Of a stretch of 64,000 nucleotides of DNA, positions 54,637 through 64,000 are shown piece after piece. The stretch comes from Polyangiales bacterium. Lineage in GTDB: Bacteria > Myxococcota_A > Polyangia > Polyangiales > Polyangiaceae. The notes beneath the pieces are model-generated. The model ran no database searches and was not told the origin of the DNA. It saw only the letters and a program-made list of their open reading frames with translations. The stretch covers positions 32,001 through 96,000 of the forward strand of contig JBBRNJ010000008.1 in NCBI GenBank assembly GCA_038230375.1. Reading direction: 5' to 3'. A program made the translations under genes and the position numbers. Numbering within the stretch: the stretch's first letter is position 1; every line of letters starts with the position of its first letter.

Positions 54637-56673
54637 TCACTGCCACACGATGATCTTGGCCGCCAGCAGCAGCTCCACGGCGCGGAGCACATCACCCGCG
54701 CCCACCTGACCAGGCTTCACGGTGGAGAGGAGCAGATCGCGCAGCGACACCGCCCTGATCGTGCCCGCGACCACCGACTGAACGACGGGCGGCCAGACCA
54801 GGTGCTCCGTGAGTGGGTCCCTTGGCGTCGGGAGAAGCGTGCGATCCAGATGCGTGCGGTAGCGCTCCACCGGCGAGTCGGTGGGCTCGCGCGCCTCCAG
54901 CCCGGCCAGGATGAGCGTGGGAAGCTCTTGATCGAGCGGGAACTCCACGTGCGGCGCCTGCTGGCCGCGGTAGAAGGTGATCTTGCCCTGCTTCCAGAGG
55001 AAGAGGTCGGTCACGCGATCGCGCCCCTGCTCACGGATCGCGCGGAAGATGTCCACGGGACCGACAAGGCCGAGCGAGATGAGCGTGTCGCCCATGCGGC
55101 CGCCGTAGCGCGGGAGGACGGCGAGCGCGAGATCCAGCTCCTCGCGCGCGAGCTTGCCGCGGCGGACCAGGTACTCACCGAGGAGCTCGCTCGCGTTGCT
55201 GGATGCCACGTGGTGGAGCTTGCCACCGACGAAGTAGAGCTCCTTGCGCGCCGCGTCTCCGTGGTCGTCGCGCGCGCGCTCTGCGAAGAGCACCCCGGTC
55301 TCGCGGTTCAGAAAGACGCGTGCGAGCACGTCGGCCATGCGACCGCTTCCGTCGCCACCTGCGCCCAGGTCGTCCAGGAAGTCCGGCGCGCCAGGGCCCG
55401 ACACCTCGTTCGTGGTCGCGCCGCCCGCGGTGACCGGCGCCAGGAAGCGGGCGAGCTCCTCGATGTCGGCGAGGTCCTTCATGGGCGCGCCCATATACGA
55501 GACCTTGTCGCCCCGACCGATGGTGCCAGTCGCGAGCGCTTCCATCAGACGGGCAAACGTCCAGGGTCCGTGGCGCACGCCTTGGGTGGTCTCCACGAAC
55601 GACGGTAGGAGACCGTACTCGCCGGTCTTCTGCTCGTCCTCGTCGTCGTCGCTGGCGACGGCATCGGGTGGATGGATGCTGGAGGGCGGCGCGCCGGAGC
55701 GCGGGTCCTCCGCATTGACGGCGAGCATGGAGTCCGTGGACGTGAGCTTCTGCACACGGCGCACGTGATCGGCGAGGTCCGCGCGCGCCACCGAGCCACT
55801 CGCGGCGAAGGGGGCGAGCACGGCGGCAAACTCCGCGGCGTCCTTGTAGCGGTTCTGCGGGTCGCGAGAGAGCGCGCGCTCCACCACCTCGTAGAGGCCG
55901 GCGGGGAGCTTGCCGCGCACCTCTGCGAGCGCGCCGATGTTGCAGTCACGGATGGCGAGCAGCACGGCGAGCTGTCCGCTGCCCGGAAACAGGGGCTTCC
56001 CGAGCAGCATCTCCGCGAGCACCGTCGCGAGGCTGAAGAGGTCTGCGCGCTGGTCCGCCGTCTCACCTGCGACCTGCTCGGGCGCGAGGTAGGCGAACTT
56101 GCCCTTGATCACCTGGCCCTGCTCGCTGCGAAGCGTGATGCGTGAGAGCGACCGCGCGATGCCGAAGTCCCCGAGCTTCACGTGCCCGTCCTTCGCCAGG
56201 TAGATGTTGGAAGGCGAGATGTCGCGGTGGACGATGGTGAGCTCGCCCCCCTCTGGATCCTTCGCTGCGTGCACGGACGTGAGCGCGCGCAACACCTCCT
56301 GTGCGATCCACACGGCCACGCCCACCGGAAGGAGCAGGCTGTCCTGGCGCATGCGCCGCAGGAGGCGGTAGCCGTCCACGCCGTCCACGTATTCCATGGC
56401 CAGGTACGGCTCGCCGCTGTCGTCCACGCCGGCCTTGAAGACCTTGACGACGTTCTCGTGGCGGATGGACTGATGGAGCTTTGCCTCGCGCTCGAACATG
56501 GTCCGACCCTGGGCGTCCCGGGCGAAATGCGGCAGAAGCCGCTTCACGATCACGCGGGCGGGCATGCTCGCGTCCGCTTCGATCGGCCGCGCAAGGTAGA
56601 CCTCGGCCGTACCGCCGACGGCGATGCGCGCATCCAGATAGAAGGGGCCGAATCGGTTCGAGGGGAGGGTCAT
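54637..56673 (-). CDS. Ser/Thr kinase with GYF-like and DUF4388 (PATAN)-like domains
   Basis: GGTAEVY, HRDISPSN, DFG, GKFAYLAPE; HGPWTFARL...GTI; ETGVL, KELYF..G, LGEYLV, RMGDTL, LFLW..G...F; start set at MTLPS. Confidence 0.88.
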   Translation of the reverse strand: MTLPSNRFGPFYLDARIAVGGTAEVYLARPIEADASMPARVIVKRLLPHFARDAQGRTMFEREAKLHQSIRHENVVKVFKAGVDDSGEPYLAMEYVDGVDGYRLLRRMRQDSLLLPVGVAVWIAQEVLRALTSVHAAKDPEGGELTIVHRDISPSNIYLAKDGHVKLGDFGIARSLSRITLRSEQGQVIKGKFAYLAPEQVAGETADQRADLFSLATVLAEMLLGKPLFPGSGQLAVLLAIRDCNIGALAEVRGKLPAGLYEVVERALSRDPQNRYKDAAEFAAVLAPFAASGSVARADLADHVRRVQKLTSTDSMLAVNAEDPRSGAPPSSIHPPDAVASDDDEDEQKTGEYGLLPSFVETTQGVRHGPWTFARLMEALATGTIGRGDKVSYMGAPMKDLADIEELARFLAPVTAGGATTNEVSGPGAPDFLDDLGAGGDGSGRMADVLARVFLNRETGVLFAERARDDHGDAARKELYFVGGKLHHVASSNASELLGEYLVRRGKLAREELDLALAVLPRYGGRMGDTLISLGLVGPVDIFRAIREQGRDRVTDLFLWKQGKITFYRGQQAPHVEFPLDQELPTLILAGLEAREPTDSPVERYRTHLDRTLLPTPRDPLTEHLVWPPVVQSVVAGTIRAVSLRDLLLSTVKPGQVGAGDVLRAVELLLAAKIIVWQ

Positions 56674-56758
56674 CGGACGGACGAGCGACCTCACTGCACT
56701 TAGCAAAGAACGGTCTCGTTTACGAGGCACGGAAATCGTCTTATAGAACACTCGAATC

Positions 56759-58417
56759 GTGGTTCCCGTACGCGCACACCGCTCCATGTGGGCCCTCTCG
56801 GCCCTCTCGCTGTTCTCCGTGTTGTCGTTCTCTGCCTGTGAGGGCTGCAAGAGCGGCGGCTCGGTCGGGACGAACACGCCCAACAACAACGGCCAGAATG
56901 GCGTGCAGGACAGCGGGCGCCCCACGCTGCGTCTCTACCTGGTGTCGAACCTCGCGGGCGCGCTCGAGCCGTGTGGCTGCGTGAAGGACCAGCTCGGCGG
57001 GTTCGATCACTTTGCAGCGCTCGTGGAGAAGGAGCGAGGCGGCGCTGACGCGACCGCTGTCCTCACAGCGGGCCCCACGTTCTTCATGGATCCCGATCTC
57101 ACGCCCGACAAGAAGGCGCAGGACGTGACGCGCGCGGAGGCGCTCGCAGCCGCCCTGAAGCACGTGGGGCTCGTCGCGCTCGCGCCTGCGAAGAACGACT
57201 ACGCCGCAGGCAACGCGGAGCTCGACAAGCTCGTGACACTGAGCGGCGGCTCGGCGCTGTTCGCGAATCGCACCACACCTCCGTCGCCCGTGACCTCGCG
57301 CGTGTTCGAAGCGAAGGGAATCAAGGTCGGCGTGATCGGCGTGAGCGGCCTCTCGGCTGATTTCTCGGTGCCGGGCGTCACGGTCGACGCGGCCGAGAGC
57401 GCCGTGAAGGCAGAGGCAAAGAAGCTCGCGGCCGGTGGCGCCGACGCGATCGTCCTGCTCGCGAGCATGAAGCGCGGCGAGGTGAAGCGCATCGCGGACG
57501 CGGTCCCTGAGCTCACGCTCATGGTCGTGGGCGCGCCCGAGCAGCGCGGTGAAGCAAACACGAAGCCCGCCACGCCCGAGAGCGTCAACGACGTGCTCGT
57601 GGTGGAGACCGCGAATCACCTGCAGACGGTCACCATCGTGGATCTCTGGAAGCGGCCAGACGGGGGAAGGTTCGTGGACGGCACCGGCGCGACGCAGGGC
57701 ATGAAGCGCGAGGAGCTCACACGACGCATCCAGGAGCTGAAGCAGAAGATCGCGGACTGGGAGCGCGGAAGCAGCATCGCCGCCGCGGACATCGCCGCAC
57801 GCAAGGCGGACGTGAAGAAGCTCGAGGAGGAGCTCGCCGCCGTGAAGGATCCGCCGCCGCCGGAGAAGAAGAGCTTCTACCGCGTGACGTCGCGCGACAT
57901 CCGCACGGACCTTGGCGTCGACCCGAAGACGAAGGACGTCCTCGCCACGTATTACAAGAAGGTGAACGACGACAACAAGGTCGCGTTCGCGGGGCGCAAG
58001 CCAAAGCCGGCGGCCACGGGCGAGGCGTCGTACGTGGGCATCGACTCGTGCGACGGTTGCCACGAGGAGCCGGTGGACGTCTGGAAGAAGACGTCGCACT
58101 CACACGCATACAAGACGCTCGCCGACGACTTCAAGGAGTACAACCTGGACTGCGTCGGCTGCCACGTCACGGGGTACGACAAGCCCGGTGGCAGCACCGT
58201 CACCGCGGTCGGCTCCCTCAAGGACGTCCAGTGCGAGACCTGCCATGGGCCGGGCTCCATCCATGCGAAGACCAACGGCAAGACCGCGATGCCCGTGGCA
58301 AAACCGGAGTCGGCCCTCTGCGAGACCTGCCACCACCCGCCCCACGTCCACGAGTTCGACGCCAAGGCCAAGATGGAGCTTGTCCTGGGTCCCGGCCACG
58401 GTCGCCCCAAGAAGTAG
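56759..58417 (+). CDS. lipoprotein: degenerate 5'-nucleotidase-like domain plus tetraheme cytochrome c
   Basis: FSAC lipobox; GALEPCGC...GG; CDGCH, CVGCH, CETCH, CETCH; start GTG 56759 or ATG 56786. Confidence 0.88.
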   Translation: MVPVRAHRSMWALSALSLFSVLSFSACEGCKSGGSVGTNTPNNNGQNGVQDSGRPTLRLYLVSNLAGALEPCGCVKDQLGGFDHFAALVEKERGGADATAVLTAGPTFFMDPDLTPDKKAQDVTRAEALAAALKHVGLVALAPAKNDYAAGNAELDKLVTLSGGSALFANRTTPPSPVTSRVFEAKGIKVGVIGVSGLSADFSVPGVTVDAAESAVKAEAKKLAAGGADAIVLLASMKRGEVKRIADAVPELTLMVVGAPEQRGEANTKPATPESVNDVLVVETANHLQTVTIVDLWKRPDGGRFVDGTGATQGMKREELTRRIQELKQKIADWERGSSIAAADIAARKADVKKLEEELAAVKDPPPPEKKSFYRVTSRDIRTDLGVDPKTKDVLATYYKKVNDDNKVAFAGRKPKPAATGEASYVGIDSCDGCHEEPVDVWKKTSHSHAYKTLADDFKEYNLDCVGCHVTGYDKPGGSTVTAVGSLKDVQCETCHGPGSIHAKTNGKTAMPVAKPESALCETCHHPPHVHEFDAKAKMELVLGPGHGRPKK

Positions 58418-58528
58418 CCCGCACGGCGATCGCCCTGCTTTTCCCCGCTCGCCAAAGCACCGGAGCGGCACTTTTGGAAGCCTGCTCAAAGGTTGCGCGT
58501 TGGGTGTGGGTAGGAGTAGAGATTAGAC

Positions 58529-59542
58529 GTGGACCCGAAAAAACCGCAGGATCGTCCCGATCGCCGTGAGGCGCTCAAGCGCATAGGCGCGGCGGCCGGC
58601 GTGCTCGCGGGCGCGGCGGTCGGGGGCAAGTTTGCCTGGGACCATGGCGGCTTCGGCGTGGGCGAGGCAAGTGGCAGTCGCATGATGCGGAGCTACCGTG
58701 TCGCGGAGCCGGGCCAACCTGCCGACGCTGAGCTCGCCATCGCGCGCGCCGCGGGTTTCAAGGAAGGCGAAGAGATCACCGCCGAGGGCCTCGTTGCTCA
58801 CGCGCTCGCCGCCATGGGCGGCATGAAGAAGTTCGTGAAGCGCGGCGACGTCGTCGTCATCAAGCCGAACATCGGCTGGGACCGCGCGCCCATCCACGCC
58901 GCCAACACGAACCCGGACGTCGTCGCTGCCGTCATCAAGGAAGCGTTCAACGCGGGCGCGAAGAAGGTCGTCGTTGCGGACGGCTCCTGTAACGATCCGA
59001 ATCGCTGCTACCAGCGCTCCGGCATCTGGAACAAGTCGTATGCGCTCGGCGCAGAGGTCGTGCTGCCCGCGGAGCATCGCTTCCGCACCATGCGGTTGAA
59101 GGGCGAGGTCCTCGACGAGTGGCCGGTCTTCACCACGATGGTCGAGGCGGACAAGGTCATCAACGTCCCGGTCGCGAAGCACCACAACCTGGCCAAGTAC
59201 ACCGCGGCCATGAAGAACTGGTACGGCGTGCTCGGCGGCCGCAGGAACCGCCTTCACCAGAACATCGACACGTCGATCGCCGACCTCGCGACGTTCATGA
59301 GCCCCACGCTCGTCATCGTCGACGCGATGCGCGTGCTCATGCGCAACGGACCGCAGGGCGGCAACATCGACGACACGCGGGTGATGAACACGATCATCGC
59401 CTCCGTGGACCAGATCGCAGCGGACGCGCTTGGCTGCACGCTCATCGGCCAGCACCGCGACAACCTGCCCTACCTGAAGATGGGGCACGACCGCGGCCTT
59501 GGCACCATGTTCTACGAGACCCTCCGCGTGAAGGAGGTCTGA
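58529..59542 (+). CDS. Tat-exported DUF362 family protein
   Basis: DRREALK twin-Arg signal; VVIKPN, NTNP, INVPVAKHH, AMKN..G, D.IAAD. Confidence 0.9.
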   Translation: MDPKKPQDRPDRREALKRIGAAAGVLAGAAVGGKFAWDHGGFGVGEASGSRMMRSYRVAEPGQPADAELAIARAAGFKEGEEITAEGLVAHALAAMGGMKKFVKRGDVVVIKPNIGWDRAPIHAANTNPDVVAAVIKEAFNAGAKKVVVADGSCNDPNRCYQRSGIWNKSYALGAEVVLPAEHRFRTMRLKGEVLDEWPVFTTMVEADKVINVPVAKHHNLAKYTAAMKNWYGVLGGRRNRLHQNIDTSIADLATFMSPTLVIVDAMRVLMRNGPQGGNIDDTRVMNTIIASVDQIAADALGCTLIGQHRDNLPYLKMGHDRGLGTMFYETLRVKEV

Positions 59543-59545
59543 GCC

Positions 59546-61687
59546 GTGGCCTGCGGAACGAGCTGCGGATGCGGAAAGGCCAGCGCCAGCGCGCCCACGT
59601 CGAAGCTCGCAGAGCTCCCGAGTCCCGAGCAGCTCGCGCGCGCAGGCATGCATGCGGGCACCGAGCTCGATCTGGAGCGAATCTCCGCGCGCTCGCTCGC
59701 CGACCTCGGCGCGCATCCTGATCCGATCCCGTGGAAGGGCACCGTCGGCATCGTCCCGTCCCTCAACGCAATGCTCGCGATAGAACCGCCCGCTGGTCGC
59801 GGGCTGGGCGAGCGCGCAGCCGTTGCAACTTCGACGGTGACGTCCAGCGCCGCTGCCGCAAGCACTGCATCGTCGGCAACGGCGGACGGGGTGTACCGCA
59901 AGTCTGGTGGAGGCGGCGGAGATGGGGGCGGCGGCGCAGGCGCGTCGAAGAAGAAGGCCAAGATCGACCCAAAGCTGCCGGGCTCCGGCATCCCCGCGCG
60001 GCCGATCATCCGCGGGCTCGTCTGGGCGCGTCGTGCATCGCAGGTCGGGTTCTTCGGCCTGTTCATGTACTTCCTGTTCCAGACCGGCTTCCGCGGCAGC
60101 TTCACCGCGAGCTCGGATGCGGTGGTGCGCTTGCCGCTCCCGGTGGAAGGCTTCCTGCTCTCGGACCCATTCGTCGCCGCGATGACGGTGCTCTCCACGC
60201 ACACGATCTATCGCGGCCTCTTGTGGAGCGTGGGCATGCTCGCGCTGACGCTCGTCTTCGGCCGCGTGTTCTGCGGCTGGATCTGCCCCTTCGGAACGCT
60301 CCACCATTTCTTCGGGTGGATCCTCCCGTCCACGAAGGGTCGCGGCGCGCACCGCGTGGAGGCAAACAAGACGCACGGCTACCAGCGCGTGAAGTACTAC
60401 CTGATGTACGCGTTCCTCCTGGCCGCGCTCTTCGGCAGCGCGGTCGGCGGCATGTTCGATCCGATCTGCGTCGCGGTGCGGTCGATCGGGCTCGGTGTCA
60501 TCCCCGCGGGGCAGTACGTGACAGGCCGCGGCCTGAATGGGCTGCAGACCGTGCACAGCCAGGCGCTGCAGACCGGCGCGGACCACACGCAGGATTTTCT
60601 CGCGCAGACGGTGTGGCAGAGCAAACAGTTCTACTTCCACCAGACGTGGCTGATCCTCTCGCTGCTCGTTGCCGTCCTCTTCATGAACCGCTTCATCCCG
60701 CGGTTCTGGTGCCGCGTGCTCTGTCCGCTCGGCGCGTTCCTGGGCGTGTTCGCCCGCTTCGCGCTGTTCGGCATGGAGAAGGACCATGCAAAGTGCACGG
60801 ATTGCAATCTGTGCCTGGTCAGCTGTCAGGGCGCAGACTCGCCGCAGGGCGGTGTGAAGCACCGCCAGGACGAGTGCCACATGTGCATGAACTGCGAGGC
60901 GGCCTGCCCCGAGGACGTCATCAAGTTCCGCTTCTTGCCCTCGCGGGTGAGCACCATCACGAAGCCCGATCTCCAGCGACGCACGCTGCTCGCATCGGCG
61001 GCGGCGGGCGCGGCGTACATTCCGGCGGCGCGCATCGCGGACTCGCTGGACGTGAACTACCACTCCAAGGTGATCCGCCCGCCGGGCGCCGTGGAAGAGC
61101 GCGCGTTCCTCGAGCGCTGCATCCGCTGCGCGGAGTGCATGAAGGTGTGCCCGAACAACGCGCTCCATCCTGCGTTCCTGGAGGCGGGCGTGGAGGGCAT
61201 CTGGACGCCCATCCTCATCGCGCGCGTCGGCTACTGCGAGCACTCGTGCGTGCTCTGCGGCCAGGTGTGCCCCACCGGCGCCATCCAGAAGATCACCGAG
61301 AAGGAGAAGCTGGGCATCGGCGTCCCGCCCGTGAAGATCGGCACCGCGTTCTACGATCACGGCCGCTGCCTTCCGTGGAGCATGCAGACTCCCTGCATCG
61401 TGTGCGAGGAGTTCTGCCCCACGTCACCCAAGGCCATCTGGGTCGAAGAGGTCGAGGCGCCCGTCCGCGACAGCAAGCCGGGCCCCAGCGGCGAGCAGCC
61501 CGCGATGTTGACGGTGAAGCTGCAGCGCCCGCACGTGGACCCGAGCCTCTGCATCGGCTGCGGCGCCTGCGAGAAGGTCTGCCCCGTGCAGGATCAGCCC
61601 GCCGTGTACATCACCAGCGTCGGCGAGTCGCGCAGCAAGACGAACGTCATCTTGCTCGAGAACACCAACTACAACCAGAAGACCTGA
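59546..61687 (+). CDS. membrane polyferredoxin (NapH/MauN-like fused to NapG/MauM-like)
   Basis: TM helices with CGWICP and CRVLCP; six ferredoxin-type Cys clusters; AAGGAGG upstream of GTG. Confidence 0.9.
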   Translation: MACGTSCGCGKASASAPTSKLAELPSPEQLARAGMHAGTELDLERISARSLADLGAHPDPIPWKGTVGIVPSLNAMLAIEPPAGRGLGERAAVATSTVTSSAAAASTASSATADGVYRKSGGGGGDGGGGAGASKKKAKIDPKLPGSGIPARPIIRGLVWARRASQVGFFGLFMYFLFQTGFRGSFTASSDAVVRLPLPVEGFLLSDPFVAAMTVLSTHTIYRGLLWSVGMLALTLVFGRVFCGWICPFGTLHHFFGWILPSTKGRGAHRVEANKTHGYQRVKYYLMYAFLLAALFGSAVGGMFDPICVAVRSIGLGVIPAGQYVTGRGLNGLQTVHSQALQTGADHTQDFLAQTVWQSKQFYFHQTWLILSLLVAVLFMNRFIPRFWCRVLCPLGAFLGVFARFALFGMEKDHAKCTDCNLCLVSCQGADSPQGGVKHRQDECHMCMNCEAACPEDVIKFRFLPSRVSTITKPDLQRRTLLASAAAGAAYIPAARIADSLDVNYHSKVIRPPGAVEERAFLERCIRCAECMKVCPNNALHPAFLEAGVEGIWTPILIARVGYCEHSCVLCGQVCPTGAIQKITEKEKLGIGVPPVKIGTAFYDHGRCLPWSMQTPCIVCEEFCPTSPKAIWVEEVEAPVRDSKPGPSGEQPAMLTVKLQRPHVDPSLCIGCGACEKVCPVQDQPAVYITSVGESRSKTNVILLENTNYNQKT

Positions 61688-61693
61688 GCGACG

Positions 61694-62392
61694 TCACTCG
61701 GGGTCGATGGCGCGTCCCTCGGGCTCCCCATCGGGAGAAGAGCGTCGAGCGAGTGTCGCGTAAGCGGCGAGGAATAGCGCCGCGAAGGCGACAGTGAAGG
61801 TCCAAGCGCGCGCGTTTGCCGCGGGATGCACAAGCGGCGCAAGAGCCGAGCGCGCGACCCTGAAGGGATGCACCGCCGCGTCCCACGTGTTGAGGCGCAC
61901 GAAGCGGCCCAGATAGATCCCGAACGCGGTGAGCACCGACACGATGCCCACGTAGCCAACGCTCGCGCGCCGCCCGACCCGCCGCTGCACCACACCCGCC
62001 GTCAGCCGCACTGCGGTCACGCCGAGCGTGAGCCCGGACCACGCAAACGACGCGAGCATCAGCGCATCGAACCACGCGGGCGCGTTGCTCTCTCGCCATC
62101 GGAGGTGCATCAGGTCCGTCACGATGTAGGGCGCGTTCGGAAGAAAGCCGATGAACGCGAGGCCGAGCCCAAGGAGGATCAGTGTGCCGCCCTCCTTGCG
62201 TGCGCGGGCGGCGATCAGGCGCGCGAGCAGGTACGGGATCCACGCGAGCGTGAGGTTCCAGAGGAGGAACGCGTATGCCGGCGTGCCAGTGAACCAGGCG
62301 CGGGCCATGACAAACGCTACCGACAGCGCACTGGAACAGAGCAGCGGGAGCGGCAAGGCTCGAGCGTGTCGGAAGGAGAGGCGAGGGGTCAT
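61694..62392 (-). CDS. DUF1361 family membrane protein
   Basis: FLLWNLTLAWIP, FLPNAPYIVTDLMHL, GIYLGRFVRLNTWD. Confidence 0.9.
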   Translation of the reverse strand: MTPRLSFRHARALPLPLLCSSALSVAFVMARAWFTGTPAYAFLLWNLTLAWIPYLLARLIAARARKEGGTLILLGLGLAFIGFLPNAPYIVTDLMHLRWRESNAPAWFDALMLASFAWSGLTLGVTAVRLTAGVVQRRVGRRASVGYVGIVSVLTAFGIYLGRFVRLNTWDAAVHPFRVARSALAPLVHPAANARAWTFTVAFAALFLAAYATLARRSSPDGEPEGRAIDPE

Positions 62393-62488
62393 GTGCTCAT
62401 GAACGCACACGTGGGGGTGCGATACGAGCCGGGCGTGCGTGAGCGGTCGAAGCCCGGTCGTGAGTGGTCGCGGGGAGCGGGGGACGCG

Positions 62489-62917
62489 TCAGGCGGACTT
62501 TTTGGCAGTGCGGACCTTCTTCAAGCGCACCGGAACGGAGGGCATGTGGCGGGCTTCGGAAACGTCGCTCCGTGGCTTCGTGAAGTAGGTGGCGCTTGCG
62601 AGGGGCCCATGCGGCAGATCGCGAGGTGCGCAGGGAAGCGAGCAGAGGGGCTTGGGCGGAAGCGCCATCCGCGGGCGCGGCACGGGGACTTGCTCTGGTC
62701 CTCCGATGAAGTCCTCGCTTCGCGGGTCGAGCTGCAGATCGGCGGTCACCAGATCGACGATGTCGTTCAGGTGATTCACGCGCATGCGCACCTCGGATGT
62801 CCTCGACATGGGGATGGTGGGCGGCGGCAGGGTCTCGCGCTCCTGGGGAGATGACTCCAGGTTCGCGTCGTCGTTCGCTGCGGGGAAGGGGAGCATTGAT
62901 TGCCTCTGCACGAGCAC
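62489..62917 (-). CDS. hypothetical Pro-rich protein
   Basis: fills the gap upstream of the DUF1361 gene; no recognisable motif; start uncertain. Confidence 0.35.
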   Translation of the reverse strand: MLVQRQSMLPFPAANDDANLESSPQERETLPPPTIPMSRTSEVRMRVNHLNDIVDLVTADLQLDPRSEDFIGGPEQVPVPRPRMALPPKPLCSLPCAPRDLPHGPLASATYFTKPRSDVSEARHMPSVPVRLKKVRTAKKSA

Positions 62918-63132
62918 GAAGCAAGGTAGATGCCCAGCTGACCCCTTCCGGTTCTTCGCGCGAATCGCTCGAAAATTCTCGGACCGTCAGTGCATCAACG
63001 GTCCACGCCGCTGGGGGCCGCCGAATCGCTGACGTGAACACCAATCCACACGGAAATAAAATACCGGCACAGCGTGGCACGGAGCCTAAAAAAGCCGCCC
63101 TTCGGTCTGCCAGCCGGCTAACGTGACCTCCG

Positions 63133-64000
63133 ATGAAGAACGACACATTTCTTCGTGCGTGCCGCCGCGAGAAGACCGCCCACACGCCGATCTGGATGAT
63201 GCGTCAGGCAGGTCGGTACATGTCGGAGTACCGCGCCTTGCGCGCCAAATACTCCATGCTGGAGCTCTGCAAGACGCCGGAGCTGGCCGTACAGGTCACG
63301 CTGCAGCCACTGCGCCTGGGCTTCGACGCGGCGATCCTCTTCGCGGACATCCTGCTGCCGCTCGAGCCCATGGGTTCGAGCTTCGAGTTCGCGGCGGGCG
63401 AAGGTCCCGTGATCCACGAGCCGATCTCGACGCTCGCGCAGATCGAGAAGCTCCGCGTGATCGAGCCCGAGGACGGCCTTGGCTACATCATGAAGTCGAT
63501 CGGCATGCTCAAGAAGGAGCTCCAGATCCCGCTCATCGGCTTCGCGGGTGCCCCGTTCACGCTCGCGAGCTACCTCATCGAGGGCGGCAAGAGCGCCCAC
63601 TTCGTCAAGACGAAGAAGATGATGTACGAGGCGCCCGACGCGTGGAACCTGCTCATGAGCAAGCTCTCCGAGGTCGTGCGTCGCTACATGCGCAAGCAGG
63701 TGGAGGCGGGCGCAGACGCGATGCAGCTCTTCGACTCGTGGGTCGGTCAGCTCTCGCCACAGGACTATGCGGACTACGTGAAGCCGCACGTCGCACACAT
63801 TCTCCAGGACCTGCAGAAGAACACGAACGTCCCCGTCATCCACTTCGGCACCGGAACGTACTCGCTCCTCGAGCATCAGAAGGAGGCGGGCGGGACCGTC
63901 ATTGGTCTCGACTGGCGAACGCCGCTCGCGGAAGGCTGGAAGCGCGTGGGACACGATCATGCAGTGCAGGGCAACATGGACCCGACGGTGCTGTTCGCGC
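63133..64000 (+). CDS. hemE: uroporphyrinogen decarboxylase (3' end outside window)
   Basis: translated by hand: MKNDTFLRAC...PIWMMRQAGRY, DAAILFADIL, LIGFAGAPFTLASY, QLFDSW, QGNMDP; absent from the ORF track because it has no stop in the window. Confidence 0.96.
   Translation, partial: MKNDTFLRACRREKTAHTPIWMMRQAGRYMSEYRALRAKYSMLELCKTPELAVQVTLQPLRLGFDAAILFADILLPLEPMGSSFEFAAGEGPVIHEPISTLAQIEKLRVIEPEDGLGYIMKSIGMLKKELQIPLIGFAGAPFTLASYLIEGGKSAHFVKTKKMMYEAPDAWNLLMSKLSEVVRRYMRKQVEAGADAMQLFDSWVGQLSPQDYADYVKPHVAHILQDLQKNTNVPVIHFGTGTYSLLEHQKEAGGTVIGLDWRTPLAEGWKRVGHDHAVQGNMDPTVLFA

Noticed and set aside
56968..56985. Selenocysteine recoding at the CGC motif
   Set aside because: Codons are TGT-GGC-TGC; there is no in-frame TGA

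Overview
High-GC (roughly two-thirds by eye, not computed), densely coding bacterial chromosome segment. Gene content and order (yceD-rpmF...fabD-fabG-acpP-fabF-rpiB, four Hanks-type Ser/Thr kinases, Cys-rich lipoproteins, a HARE-HTH/Mrr-like protein, multiheme cytochromes) point to Myxococcota, probably Polyangiales; this is inference. Housekeeping genes seen: rpiB, fabF, acpP, fabG, fabD, rpmF, yceD, lipB, guaB, glnE and a partial hemE. I found no rRNA, tRNA, CRISPR array, integrase or transposase. Best candidates for new biology: (1) a 624-aa FabY/type-I-FAS-like ketosynthase sitting where plsX-fabH normally lie; (2) a back-to-back pair of large lipoproteins, a beta-propeller/hexaheme cytochrome fusion and an 814-aa unknown, sharing a 56-bp divergent promoter region; (3) a tetraheme lipoprotein-DUF362-membrane polyferredoxin redox module; (4) a MarR-controlled BKACE/crotonase/carboxyltransferase operon with a visible palindromic operator; (5) two apparent pseudo-enzymes (kinase-DUF5939-dead cyclase; HARE-HTH-dead Mrr nuclease); (6) a recurring leaderless-promoter signature and a highly structured 200-nt intergenic element. 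All family calls come from motif recognition by eye, not database searches. Many start codons were moved relative to the supplied ORF track.
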